Below are positions 1 through 13,650 of a stretch of DNA of 64,000 nt, in pieces. The notes below the pieces were generated by a model, which made no database searches, was not told where the DNA came from, and saw only the letters and a program-made list of their open reading frames with translations. The position numbers were made by a program, and so were the translations under genes. The stretch comes from Anolis carolinensis (lineage: Eukaryota). Location of the stretch: positions 270,367,749-270,431,748 of the forward strand of contig NC_085842.1 of the NCBI RefSeq assembly GCF_035594765.1, read 5' to 3'. Within the stretch, counting starts at the first letter, position 1. Each line of letters opens with the position of its first letter.

Positions 1-973
1 TATCTTATATGGTTTACTTAACTTGAAATCACCTTCCTGGCAGCCTGGGCATCCATACAAGGTTTAGCAGGAAGATTTAACAAATAGCTACCATACAGAT
101 ATGTTTAAGACTGTAAGAAATAGAACTGCAGTAACCAGCTTTTAAAAGAGATTAGATGTAACAACCTAAAGTATTGCTGTGTATAGTCTTGTAGTGGTTT
201 AGTCCTCAGTATCCTCAAAGGCTTTCTTAAACAGAATGATCTTTCAACACTGATAATCACACATAAGGCCAAGTATGATTCATATGATACTGCATATTTG
301 TCACTATTCGAAACATGAGAGCAAACCTTTATGTCACGTTTGCCGACCACTGTGATGGATGGTAGTTTCTATCAATGTGTATGATGTCTAGATTCCCTAA
401 ACCTCACAAAAATAGGCTGCACCGCTTTACTAGATTGCCTTTGAAATATTGTTTGAATTGTCAGTTTCAGTCCTCACATTTCATAATGTAGAGATTGTGT
501 TGTTGTGTAAGTGTAGTGTTGTGTCATTATTGTCAACTTGTAATTTTTATGGTATTAGTGAGAATTCTTTTTGATATTACCTGTTGGCTTTCAGATTTAG
601 CTCTCCTCTACTAAGTAATGCTAATACATGAACTCCTACCGTCCTTTATTTATTTATTTATTTATTTATTATGAAGAAAATTGATAAACACCAACAAAGA
701 GATTGATTTTTCTTCTTATATAAAAGTGAAATGGGGGCTAAGCATCTGTCAAATAGTTGGACTATTTGGGGAGGGGGCTTACATTTTTATTTGGCTTTAT
801 GGTGTTCCATTTTGGCACAGGAATGCATACCTTTCATGCTTAAAATAAGATGTTGATCTTTGCATGTGCTAGGCATTTCAAAGTATTATCTGGAGATAAA
901 ATGGAATGGATCGAGATACAAGATTCTCATAATGATTGACATGCTGTGCTAGATATACAGTGGGGAAAAAGTA

Positions 974-1281
974 CAATAGAGTGTCACTTATCCAACATCA
1001 ATGGGCCAGCAGAATGTTGGATAAGTGAATATGTTGGATAATAAGGAGAGATTAAGAAAAAGCCTATTAAACATCAAAATAGGTTATGATTTTACAAATT
1101 AAGCACCAAAACATCATGTTATACAACAAATTTGACAGAAAAAGTAGTTCATTATACATTAATGCTATGTAGTAATTACTGTATTTATGAATTTAGCACC
1201 AAAATATCATGATATATTGAAAACATTGACTACAAAAATGCGTTGGATAATCCAGAACGTTGGATAAGTGAGACTCTACTG
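974..1281 (+). mobile_element. Non-autonomous Tc1/mariner-superfamily (pogo/Tigger-like) MITE, 308 bp, copy 1
   Basis: TIR CA(A/G)TAGAGT(G/C)TCACTTATCCAA...TTGGATAAGTGAGACTCTACTG. TA duplicated at 972-973 and 1282-1283. Near-identical copies at 52699 and 56237. Confidence 0.95.
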
Positions 1282-1483
1282 TATTTAGTCAGATAACAAT
1301 TGTACAAGTTCTCCCACTTAAAAAAGATGAGAGAGGCCTGTAATTGACATCATAGGTAGACCTCAACTATGAGAGACAACATGAGAAAACACATTCAGAA
1401 AATCACATTGTCTGATTTTTCATGAATTTATTTGCAAATTATGGTGGAAAATAAGTATATTTGGTCAATAACAAATGTTCATC

Positions 1484-2479
1484 TCAATACTTTGTTATAT
1501 ATCCTTTATTGGCAATGACAGAAGTCAAACGTTTTCTGTAAGTCCTCACAAGGTTGGCACACACTGTTCCTAGTATGTTGGCCCATGCAGATGTCCTCGA
1601 GAGCAGTGATGTTTTGGGGCTGCCGCTGGTCAACACGGACTTTCAACTCCCTCCAAAGGTTTTCTATAGGGTTGAGATCTGGAGACTGGCTAGGCCACTC
1701 CAGGACCTTGAAATGCTTCGTACTAAGCCACTCCTTCGTTGCCCTGGCAGTGTGCTTGGGATCGTTGTCATGCTGAAAGACCCAGCCACGTTTCATCTTC
1801 AGTGCCCTTGCTGATGGAAGGAGGTTTGCACTCCAAATCTCACGATACATGGCATACAGATCAGTCACCCTGGTCCCTTTGCAGAGAAACAGCCCCAAAG
1901 CATGATGTTGCCACCCCGCTGCTTCACAGTAGGTATGGTGTTTTTTGGATGCAACTCTGCATTCTTTCTCCTCCAAACACGACAAGTTGTGTTTCTGCTA
2001 AACAGTTCTACTTTGACTTCATCTGACCATATGACATTCTCCCAATACTCTTCTGGATCATCCAAATGCTGTCTAGCAAACTTCAGTCGGGCCCGGACAT
2101 GTACTGGCTTAAGCGGGGGACACGTCTGGCACTGCAGGATCTGAGCCCCTGACGGTGTAGTGTGTTACTGATGGTAGCCTTTGTGACGTTGGTCCGAGTT
2201 CTCTGCAAGTCATTCACTAGGTTCCCCCCGTGTGGTTCTGGGATTTTTGCTCACCGTTCTTGTGATAATTTTGACCCCACAGGGTGAGATCTTGCACGGA
2301 GCCCCAGATCGAGGGAGATTTTCGGTGGTCTTGTATCTCTTCCATTTTCTAATTATTGCTCCCACTGTTGATTTCTTCACACCAAACTGCTTGCCTATTG
2401 CAGATTCAGTCTTCCCAGTCTGGTGCAGGGCTACAATTTTGTTTCTGGTGTCCTTGGACAGCTCTTTGGTCTTCACCAT
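1484..2479 (-). pseudogene. Tc1 DD34E transposase pseudogene
   Basis: ATG at 2479 ([16 protein letters not shown]..., HTH region). Catalytic motifs [13 protein letters not shown] and SPDLNPIE, with 34 residues between the second D and the E. C-terminus ...[11 protein letters not shown], stop at 1484-1486. Broken by frameshifts, small deletions and stops (e.g. GPG*). Confidence 0.95.
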
Positions 2480-3344
2480 AGTGGAGTTTGGAGTGTGACT
2501 GCTTGAAGTCATGGAAAGGTGTCTTTTAGACTGATAACAAGTTCAAATAGGTGCCATTACTACAGGTAATGGGTGGAGGACAGAAGAGCCTCTTCAAGAA
2601 GAAGTTACAGGTCTGTGAGACCCAGAAATCTTGCTTGTTTGTTGGTGACCAAATACTTATTTTCCACCATAATTTGCAAATAAATTTGTGAAAAATCAGA
2701 CAATGTGATTTTCTGGATGTGTTTTCTCATGTTGTCTCTCATAGTTGAGGTCTACCTATGATGTCAATTACAGGCCTTTCTCATATTTTTAAGTGGGAGA
2801 ACTTGTACAATTGGTATCTGACTAAATACTTTCCCCCCCCCCCCCACTGTAGGTTTCTACCTTACGATGTCATTTGGACTTGCTGCATATAAATCTAATA
2901 AATAATAGCAGAATATTTTAAAGTTATCGGACCTTAGGATGTTACAAGATGTTTCAGAACCATAGTTTTTTATATCGTAATATTTCTGTATATATCTAAT
3001 TGAATAGATTACAATGTTGCTATTAACATTTTATTTGGAGAGCAGGCAGAGAGAATGCTAGAGACTTTAAGCCTGATCTTTTGAATGGTAGACTGAAATA
3101 TGAGGTTGACTTGTGAATATGATGTATAAGACCCACATGCCCCTCCTAATTGGGTTCCTGAGAAGGAATCTCTGCATAACTAAAAAGGACTCCATATTTG
3201 TGGATCAAATTTAAATATTCATTTCCCTTGGCATATACACTTTTTTCATTTTTTGAGAACTTTGACTTTGAATAATTCACTTTGATTCGTTTGAATTCAC
3301 TAACCAAAATTCAAGATGCAATATTAGATACTATTACAGTAAAT

Positions 3345-4037
3345 CAGGGGTCCTCAAACTTTTGAAGCAGAGGGCCGGTCACAATGCTTCAGACTGTTGT
3401 GGGGCCGAATTATCATTTGAAAAAAAAAAAACAAAAAAAATCCTATGCATACTGCACATAGTGCAACAACAACAACAACAACGAAAGAACAATACAATAT
3501 TTAAAAAATGAAAACAATTTTAACCAACATAAACCTATCAGGATTTCAATGGAAAGTGTGGGCCTGCTACTGGCCAATGAGATAGTCAAGTTAATTAGGA
3601 TTGTTGTTGTTGTGTGCCTTCAAGTCAATTCAAACTTTGGGCGAGCCTAAGTCTAAAATTAATTATTTATTTACTGCATGTATTTACTATATTTATATCC
3701 CACCCTTCTCACCCCGAAGTGGACTCAGAGCAGCTGTATGTACATACAGTATATTATTAGCATAGCACAATATTAGCATTATATATTACTATATTGAACT
3801 ATACCACTATACTATTATATAATATGTAATATATAACATATAATTAATATTATTATATGGTATTATTATTAGTATTATATTGTATAACATATTATTATCA
3901 ATATTATACGTATATACAATATATTATATTATTAAAACTGATATAAAAATATTATATTATAAAACTGAGGGCGGGGGCCAGGTAAATGACCTTGGAGGGC
4001 CGCATCTGGCCCCCGGGCCTTAGTTTGGGGACCCCTG
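3345..4037. mobile_element. Non-autonomous hAT (Charlie/hobo-like) element with captured retroelement fragments
   Basis: TIR CAGGGGTCCTCAAACT / AGTTTGGGGACCCCTG. Perfect 8-bp TSD CAGTAAAT at 3337-3344 and 4038-4045. GGGCC-rich subterminal motifs and an AT-rich interior. Confidence 0.95.
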
Positions 4038-7000
4038 CAGTAAATAGTAAAGTAATAGCTAGCATACAAAAAGCAAGATAGTGAATTTTGCCCATTGTTT
4101 TATGCATTCATTAAAAATCAAAGGAAAAGTAGGCATAATGAAAACTTGTTGGCAGAATATGGTGTTTAGATCTGGTTTTGTAATTCTGTTTTAATTTTTA
4201 TGTGCATGAATCTATAATGTGCTTGTAAATTAAAATTAAAATACTCTATCTATCTGTATTGCTGGGATCTTATACCCACTTATCTAGGAATGAGCTCTCT
4301 TGAGGTCATTTGGACTTCTAAGTATAGGACTGTAGTGTATAACGAACAAAAATTAACTCCTATATTAACAAAACCAAAATTAAAATAAAAATGGTTAATT
4401 TTATTAATGAAAAACTGAATGAGGATAAAATGCCCTAGAATTATTGAATGCCCTATAGATTCATATTATCTATTGAAATAAAAGTAAAATAAAATACATC
4501 TTTTTCTTCAGAATTGTTATTGGAAATGAGTCCCATATTTTTTTTTTAAAAAAAGTGTTGTTTCAGTTAGCAGTAAGGAACTATTAAGTCTTTATTGAAA
4601 TCAATGTGAATCTTCTATTTGAGTAAATTAAAGTATGTGGATGTTTGTATACTGTGCCTCTGTACTACTATTGTATTTCTAATGCACATTAACATTGTTA
4701 CTATTATAGTAGTGACTTTAGATTGCTCCTGTATGTCTAGCAAACATATCCATATTTTTAAATGATATGATCTATTTGAGTAAAAACCGACCTTAATAAA
4801 ATTGAAACATGGAGAGCTCTGTGGTTGAGATTCCACACAATATGTGTACATTTCAGTTAATTTGAAAATAGTTATAATTATTTATGCATTATGAATGCAA
4901 ACTCCAGGTTAGAAGTTTGGATTGTTTCCTTGTTTTTCAAGAATAATAGTTATACACTGAAGAGCAAAATGTAGTGTTGGCTCATAATGCTGGTATAAAC
5001 ACAAGTCCAGATTTATTCTATGCAGGAGACTTAGAATATGTCTGAAGATGTGAGCACATATTGGACTGGTATAATAGGAATCATGGACAGATGCTGGAAT
5101 GACTGTGGTCTTTCTAAGGTTCATAAGGTTAGAAAAACTGCCCCTCAAATTTAAACAGGGCAGTTATTTCATGTCAGTTTAATTATGCTTATGTTTTACG
5201 AGACAGTCAGTCAAGTGGTCTGGAAACCTTGAAAAATTGGAGGCTTTCACAGCTCCGAGGGCAAAGTTCTGATTGGGTTCGTTTGGTAATCTTGCTCTTT
5301 GTGAAACTCTTAATGTGAATGATGGGCTGTTAGAACCACAAGGAACGCTTAGTGTCAGAACAAGATTTAATCAGTATGTTATCTTTTAGCAGGAAATGCT
5401 TTGCATTCTGATTTTTTTCTCCTGTTCTGTGAATTTACTCTGCACCTCAGTAATCTCTGCTTGGGGTCATTACTTTGATTTTAACTTAGCAATTTAACTC
5501 CTGAAGTGTTTTGAATAAAAGCCCCCTTGAAGGGAGTAATAAGTTTTTAAACAGCTTGGAATCGGCTGAAAATGGGATTTGAGAAAAAAAAAAATCTTGC
5601 TGCTAGCACATTGTGGCATGAGCACCGGAATTCGGAACAGGGAGGGGGAAAAAAGGAGCATAGTGTTTAAAAGGAAGATATTTCTTTTATACTCCTCTTG
5701 TAGTCTTTTAATTTATATATCCTGATTTGAAAAAAAAAATCCCAGTATGTTCACTGTGCCTTATTCCCTGGCCTGTGTGCCGGTATCAAGTAATGTCAGA
5801 TTTATATTTTGTCCAGTATTTATTGTTTTGTTTTGGTTCCGCTAGATAGTTGAGAGATATAACATTTAAGAGATATAATAAAATAAATAATGTTTGTGTC
5901 ATAATTAAACACATATAACCAGTACACTCTCTCAAAACCATACTATAAATAAAGTAGAAATCCCTTAATTGTTTCTGCTAGTCCCATAGTTTTTACCAAA
6001 CACGTAAGACTTTATTTTTATCACTACTGAGACACTGGAAAATGAGTAAGTAGTAAATAAAAAAGAGATAATTCTAATTTATATTGGTAAGTTAATACAC
6101 CCACTTAAAATTGCATTTCCTAAAGTTTTTCATTATTAGCATTTTTTTATTGCAGACTAGATTTCTTGGGCTTACACAGTATCAGCTTTCATGAGAAAGA
6201 ACCCTTTTCTATATTCTTTTTTATGATTGTAATACAGTGAGCCATGTTCTTGAACTTGTGGACAAGACTGAGCTTTTCTTTTTAAAAGGCCTGTTTCATC
6301 TGGGTAGTTCTATTGTTCGACCTCTGTATTACTCTGTTCTTAAGTAGGTTTTTGAGGTAATTTTGCAGTCTACTAAACAGAAAATTTATTCTTTTTTCCT
6401 TTTCTCTTCTCTTCCACTAAGTAGGTTGCAGTGCATTTATACAAAGGAACATCAAGAGGTGTGCCTTTCTTATAATATGCTCATCCACTTCTTGACTATC
6501 CGTGTACTGTAGTCTCTTCCATCTGCTTTTGTTTCTTTTAGCTGTTTTGTTCAGTGAATCAGTTTTTATACATTTTTTAAAAAAGCTTTCCCTTTTTTAT
6601 TCCTGATCTTTTTATTCCCATCCATGCCTCACTTAAGGCTAACTAATTTTAGAGGTGTGCTACAAGCTTTGCCTGAAGCTTTTTACAATGATCAAGGTCT
6701 CACTCCATTCGAAACGCACTTCTCCTTTATTAATTTCTGTTAGGGCTCTTCAGTATGTACTCTTCAGTAGCATGAAATCTACTTCTAATATGAAGGTATT
6801 GTCTGTGAACATGCCAAATGAAGTACCCAGACTATATCATTGTAGCTGTTGAGCTATAATTTAGGATAAATTAGAATTTCTGCATTAGTTCTTGGTTCTT
6901 TTTTTGTAAACTGAATTTGCTTAATCCTTTGTTAAAAATATCCAGAAATGCAATGATAATTTAACAAAAAAGTGATAAAGATTCCAAAGAACTTCATATA

Positions 7001-10000
7001 GTACTTAATAAAGAGTAAATGTTATAATACAGAAATATAGAAAACAATATTTCAAAGGATTTCTTAAAAAAACTTTTAAAGCTTTGGCTGACTTAGTTAT
7101 TTTTACTGTACTTAAAAATTCCTCACGTGGTGAGAAATCTCTCCCCCTCCCCTCTCGCCTGGCTGATCTTGGTGTTTTCTTTTAGTAGCATTTCTCTTTC
7201 ATGATCCAATTTGTTCACAATTAATATGTACTGTGTGTCCTTAGCATTTAGACCAAGTTCAATGGAGAAAGAATTGCAGTAGATTGAACAGTTAGTATTT
7301 TTCAATTAGTGTCTTGCAAATTAGACTTAAAAGAAAATTGAAGAACATTTTTGCCTTTCTTCTTTGATGCAAATAGCTTTATATGGCACAGATAATAAGC
7401 TTTTTCAAGGTGATGGGAACCGTAATCGCAGTTATTGTTGCCACTGAGAGCCAGATTTTTCTCTCAAGCAAAATCCCAATGTATGTTTTAATATTATTTC
7501 CTTTTATCCTGCTCAGTTATTGCAGTGTTTCATGTTCAACACACTTATTGAGTTAGTCCACTCTTCCATCTTACTTTGTGTGAAAACCATTCAAGCTGAT
7601 AAAGGGTTAATTTCCAGTGAATACAGGAGTAACTGTCTGGTATTTCGTGCTAGGTTATGAATCTGTCACTGCCCCTCTTTCATGCTTGAGTGAGTATGGA
7701 AATGGTTTGAGACAGAATATTGTGAAGAGTGGGCGAATGGGAGAAGTGCCTGAGCCCCATGACCATATATTGCATCATCATGAAAGTCTCAGAAGATCTC
7801 CCCCAGTATTCTTAGCATGCAATACACAAGGGAAATAGGGTTGAGAGAGTACAGATCAAAATCTGCACTTCTAGAAAATTCTTCATCATCCCGTAGTCGC
7901 CACCTTACATTTCTGAAACGATATATTCCACTTTTCTGAATTTAGATGCATAAAGGTTGCTGTGAAAAAATATCATCAATGAAGCAATTAAAACAGAACA
8001 GCATGTTCGGTTAGTGATATTGTTATTTTAATGGTTAATGACCTTGGATTTTCATTTCTAACACATCAAATGAATTGCCTTAAACCTTGTTATTTTAAGT
8101 CTTTTTGGACAGATAAATCTACTAAAAGGACAATGACCTATATTTTCTCATCTTTGTGATCTTTATTTTAAAAAGAGTTACCTGAGATAAAATAGGGAAT
8201 ATGATTCATGAGTCAAAATAACTGGTTTTATGTCTTCTTTTCTGTAGTACGGAATTTTTGAAACCTTTATACTCACTTTGTTTTTTCCTTTACTTGTTTC
8301 TAGTAATGATGTGAATTGCTTTCTACATCTAATGGTTCTCTTTTATTAGAATAAAGATTGCCTTTTTGACAAGGCACTGAACAGAAATTTATAATGAATT
8401 TTGTACTGTTGCTTATGGACAAACTTAAGGTCCTGGTAATATGACTGGTAAGATAATGAAATTCAAAATGTTCAAGAAAAAGATAAAATTTTGTATATAA
8501 TGAAGTCTGCCACAACAGATGTTGAAATATAAATAAATTATTGGTGTCCTTTCTGTTATTTATATTAAATATTGAGTATCTTGCTTAAATTAATAGTGTT
8601 TGGGTTTGTCCTCATTGAAAACCTTTGTTACCAGAGCTGTGTGTTTAAGTTACTTTTAAAAATTGTTCTCTGGATAGAGCAATAATGCTGGCGCTTTTGA
8701 AATAACAACTAAATGCAATTATTTTGTGCTGCAATTTAATCACATGGGCAAGAATTATAGGACAACAATAAATTGGGAGGAATGTTCCAGATATTGTAGT
8801 GATTCAGAAGCCGCTGTTACCACCTCTGTGCATTTCTACAGGCATTTCCATAATCGTGCAATTTAAGGAGCCCTTCTGATAGATTAAGTAGATTTTTTTC
8901 AGTTTAGAATTTGATTTGTTAATATAGTTTACTGTCCATTTATGCGTCTACTTCAGCTTTCCTCTAGTTAGGAATTATTTACATTATTTTGACTTGAACT
9001 TGCTGTTCCTGCAGCTTTTGTTAATAACATGGATGGACGGATCAAAGGAAACAAAGCTGGTGAATGAAAGAAATGGGGCATCCCTAGTTGGCATGGACAC
9101 TACTGCATATATTGTATATATTTTTTAAAAACTGGCAATCTCATTAATGGTCATTTTAAATGAAATTTATACTAATAAATGTTACAGATTCTGAATTTTT
9201 CTTAAGATGTTTCCTCATCTTGTGCTGGGGTGAACAAAAGCAGATGCTTAGATTTACTACTTCAGGCTTCTCAATTTTAATAAATAAAAATAAAGTAAAT
9301 GGAACTATATTTTGATAGAAATTTTCATGAGGGGACATTCAAAGAGACCCACAGGATGTTTGAATTGCAATTTAGTTTTCATTGTCAGTTTTGCCTATTT
9401 TATCTAATTAACCTGTTTCAAGATATTTTTTTTAAAAAAGCAGTTTTTGAACAGAATTTGAAAATGAATTTTTAATTTGAGATGAGAGAGAGAAATAATA
9501 GAAAACACAGAATTATGACAGGGCAGGTACCTCACTTCACTAGAACACCGGGATAGACTTATTCTCATCTGTCTTGAATAATAAAGAAGTCTCCTCCCTC
9601 CACACAGGAATTGTTGCAAAGTCCAGCAAAGAGAAGGAAAAAGTGAACAATCTTAAACATGCCTTTTTGCATTTTAGAGTGATAAATTATGAATAACATA
9701 CAGTTTTATTGTTCGATCTTATTGCCATTGAGCAGAAAATAATATTTTTATGCATTCTTACATTTGGCACAGAATTTCTGTAAGCCAGTAAGAACTGAAG
9801 TTGCAAAACTTTATCCTGTTCCCCAGTAAGTTTAATAGTTCCAAAGTGGATGTATTTTAGGATGCTTCCACACTTTCAGTACTTTACACTGAAATTTTGT
9901 TAGCTGCTGTCATCTTTCGACTTCATCCCAATCTCTTGAAATGATTCAGTTAAGGAAACCAGTAGTGACCTCTGTACTTTGATACATATTGGCTACTGTC

Positions 10001-11099
10001 TGCTCAAGAAATATGGAAAGCACTCCTGTGGAGAAGCTGCTGGACTTCCAAAGTATGATGGATTGTTTGTTGACCCTTTTCTTCATAGTGTTTTGTCCAA
10101 GTTATGGTCCTGTTCTATAAATACATTTGATTTTTTTTGTTGGTATATTTATGACTATTCTTACATTGCAGTCTTATGCATGTCTACTTGGAAAGAAGCC
10201 ACTATGAATTAAATGGGTCTTACTCTCAAGTATAAGGTTTAAGCAATTTATTTAAACTGTATATTATTAAAATAATCTATGTTTGTGAAATGATTCAGAA
10301 ATAACACAAAATAATAAAAAGATTTGGGTCTAAAAATTATACAAAAGTATATTTATTTATTTGATACAAAGTTACCTATTCATTTGGGAGTGAGATTTCA
10401 ACAGGGGTTGCCTCCCAGTTCCCCAGTGCATATTTTGGCAAAATATTGCACCAGTTTAATTTGTTTTGGTTTAACATGCTGTATGATTCCCACATCTATC
10501 TCGTAGTTAATTAAATATTTTAATTTCTTAGAAATGACTATATCAAGAGATGCTTAGCATTCTTCAATTATTGGATTGATAATTACGATATATATTACAT
10601 TACTACATTAATACTATATATTAATTAGGTATATAAGATTGAGTTACTCATTATCATACATTGGGCCTTTTATGTGTGGGATACACTTTAAAGATATCCG
10701 AAAAAAATAACTTTTATTTCCTAGAGTAGCTGAAAAATACTACATAAATTTCAGGACCTGGCCTTTATGTCTGAGAAGCAGCACACAATTCTGCCTAGTA
10801 AGATTAAAAAGGAATCAAAGAAAAATGATTATACACTTATTTTGGCCATTTGTGCATAGTTGATTTCATCCAAGTTGACATGGACATTACTTATGCTTAA
10901 TATTGTTGGGAGAAAGGCATAGATTTGCAGAAATACACACACACATATCACAATCAGAAAAACAAGTTAATCCTTTCCCTTTGTTGTAGGGCATTGAGTG
11001 TAAACTATGTGTGTATGAATATATCATCATCATTACAGTGGTAATAAAATATTTAATACATGACAGGTAAAAAAGCATTAATGCAATATTTTAAAACAA

Positions 11100-11445
11100 A
11101 CCATTTAAAATTTAAAATATTAAATATTAAAAATATTAATATTTATTAAAAGACCATATGCCAACCTTTAAAAAGCCCAGCACAGCTCAGCATTTAAAAC
11201 TCAACCCTACTCAGTTTGTAAAAGGCTGATGGCACAGAAATGTTTTGACCACCTGATAGATGAAAAGCAAGGATGAGGCCATCCTGGCCTTTTTAGATAG
11301 CAAGTTCCAAAGTCTGGGTGCAGACACCAAGGTCGTTCCCACCAAATGAGTCTGAGAAGGTGGTGGGACAGAAAGAAGGGCCCATTCTGATGATCTTAGA
11401 GTTCTAATGGATTCATCAATGAGAGATGGTCCTTCAAATAACATT
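11100..11445 (-). mobile_element. Old L2 LINE 3' fragment
   Basis: ORF 11211-11444 reads RTLRSS...LLSVP...SAPRLWNLL...VKTFL, matching the L2 ORF2 C-terminus also seen at 45150-45300 and 52250-52440. Boundaries approximate. Confidence 0.75.
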
Positions 11446-13650
11446 TAGCCATTAATAACATATAGGCATTGATTCATAAATCTAGTTTTAGCAATTATAG
11501 ACAAATAAATGAGTATTTCTTAGCTATTATGGGTTTTTTTGTAAAAAAAAAAGATGTAACTTTAATTTACGAACAACCAGATGTTCTGATAGCAAACTCT
11601 TCTTTATAGTTAATGCTTCAAAATAGATACAGAAAGAAATTCTACAGGGAGCCCCCAAAATCACCAGGCATAGGGAAAATGGGAAATTGTAGATAAATGT
11701 ACCTTTATTTAAGAATTATTCACAATATATAATATCATATAAAATATAATATGGATTTGTTAATTTTTCCTATGTATAAAGACTTTGGGGACACTTTGTA
11801 GTCACTAAAGCCCTAGTCCTATTTATGCATATTCCCAAGTTGTAGATTGAAATCAATATAGCTTATTTCTGAGTAAATTAATTAAACTCAAAAGTTCTTA
11901 TTTCTGATAGGAAATGTTTAATTAGTTATAATGTAATCTTAAGTATGTCTTATAAAAGGGAACCATATTATGTTTAAGGTTGCTTGCTCCCAATTAAGAG
12001 TGTGTATGTAGGACTGCAGCTTCAGTATTTGCTTTGCTTTTGTTAATATTTTATTTATATGCATGTGAAAAAAGAATAAAAATATCTCATATGCTTCCAC
12101 ATATCAAAATACGAGGCCAGTATGGTTGCTTTTTTGTCTGCAACAAACTGTGAGAGGAATGCATGCATTGTGAAGCATATCCAATTCATGTATTTGTTCA
12201 CCCAGCAGGGAAAACCAAACCATCTGAACTGTTAAAGGAAAACCACTTTTGATTGCTTTGTTTCACATGGGTAAAGTCATTGCAGTTTGAACCCGGTTTA
12301 TTTTTTTTATGATTCCTTACTATTGTTGAATTCAAATCTGGAATAAAGCAAGTTCCTCTGATGCTGCTATATCCTTTTATTTGGATGGCTTGGTGGATTC
12401 CTCTAAGTATCAGGGTGCTTCAGCATTTGATCTGCATATCATTACTGTGGGTTACAGCAGAGTGGAAACAGTAGAGACGGGTGTTGTTTTGTGTCACTGA
12501 AAAGGTTCAACATGCAAACTATACTTTGTCTTTTCTCTCTGTCTTCTGCCTCTCTATATTTATAAGTTTGCTTTCTTCTATAAATATGCCAAATTAATAT
12601 TGTATAAAGGGCAGAAGCACATGGATTTCTTTAAAGGAAATTGGGGCTTGCAGACAGAAATGGTAATTAGCTGTAATGGATATTGTACTGTTCTTTGGGG
12701 GAGATAAAATATAGTGAGGACTTTATAACTGAAACTGAGGTTAACTTGGGCTGAGATAAAATTCTGAATATTTTCAGAATATAGTAGTATAATTGTTATT
12801 TTTTCCATCATGTCTTTATCCTGGTACAGGACCTTCCAAAAGTGAGAATGTACCTAGTGCAATATACTCAAAAGTGTTAATGCAGTGATTAGGTATTAAG
12901 TAATTGATTTTCAGTTGATGACATTAAGACAGTAAAGAATAATAAGACACTTAAAATCTTTAGAATAGGCTTGCTTTCCTGTCTGGGCATTTGCCTCCCA
13001 CCAGTAAGGTTACATTCTCATGACTTTATTAGGGAGACTGAAGCTGCTCTTCTTACAGGTCACACTTACTCTCATAATATCCACCAGGAATTTGGGAGTG
13101 GGGCGGAGGTGGATTATAAACAAAATCTACATCCTGACAGCTGCCTCCAGTTAGCCCCGTACTCCCCCTTCTTATCCCTCTATTTCAAAATCATGCAGGA
13201 GCATTTAATTTGTCCCACATGAGCCTTCTCCCAATGGAGCAGTTGTCCGTTTCCTTGCTTTTTCACTTGATCCAAAACAAACAGTTAATGAAGAATAAAC
13301 CAATTCAGGCAGTCACCAGTTCAATGTTGGTTTTCAGGTGTCAGGGGCAGGAAGAAGGGAACAGATTATTTGTTGATTGTGGGGACAGTTAAGAGGGAAA
13401 TGGGAATTCCAAGTTAATGCCCCGATATAAAGCAATAAAGCATTGCTAGATCAAGTTTTCTTGAGCCAGTGAAGTCACAGTTTGTCATTTACAACACTGT
13501 TATGCCTATTAACTCACTGTTTCCACTGTTTTCTTTGGGGCCTACTCCTCGGTAACAGTTTAGAATTAAAGGGAACAGGAAAGAGGGATCAAGCAACATC
13601 TTTGAGACTGAAATGGAGCTGAAACTCAAATGCCATGTACTTGTGAGAAT

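Larger units (their letters stand above)
958..2849 (-). mobile_element. Full-length Tc1-like (IR/DR type) DNA transposon, inactivated
   Basis: Starts CAGTGGGG after TA (956-957) and ends CCCCACTG before TA (2850-2851). TIRs of about 200 bp (958-973 plus 1284-1467, versus ~2646-2849), each with outer and inner direct repeats (AAGTATTTAGTCA / AAGTATTTGGTCA). Encloses a transposase pseudogene. Confidence 0.96.
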
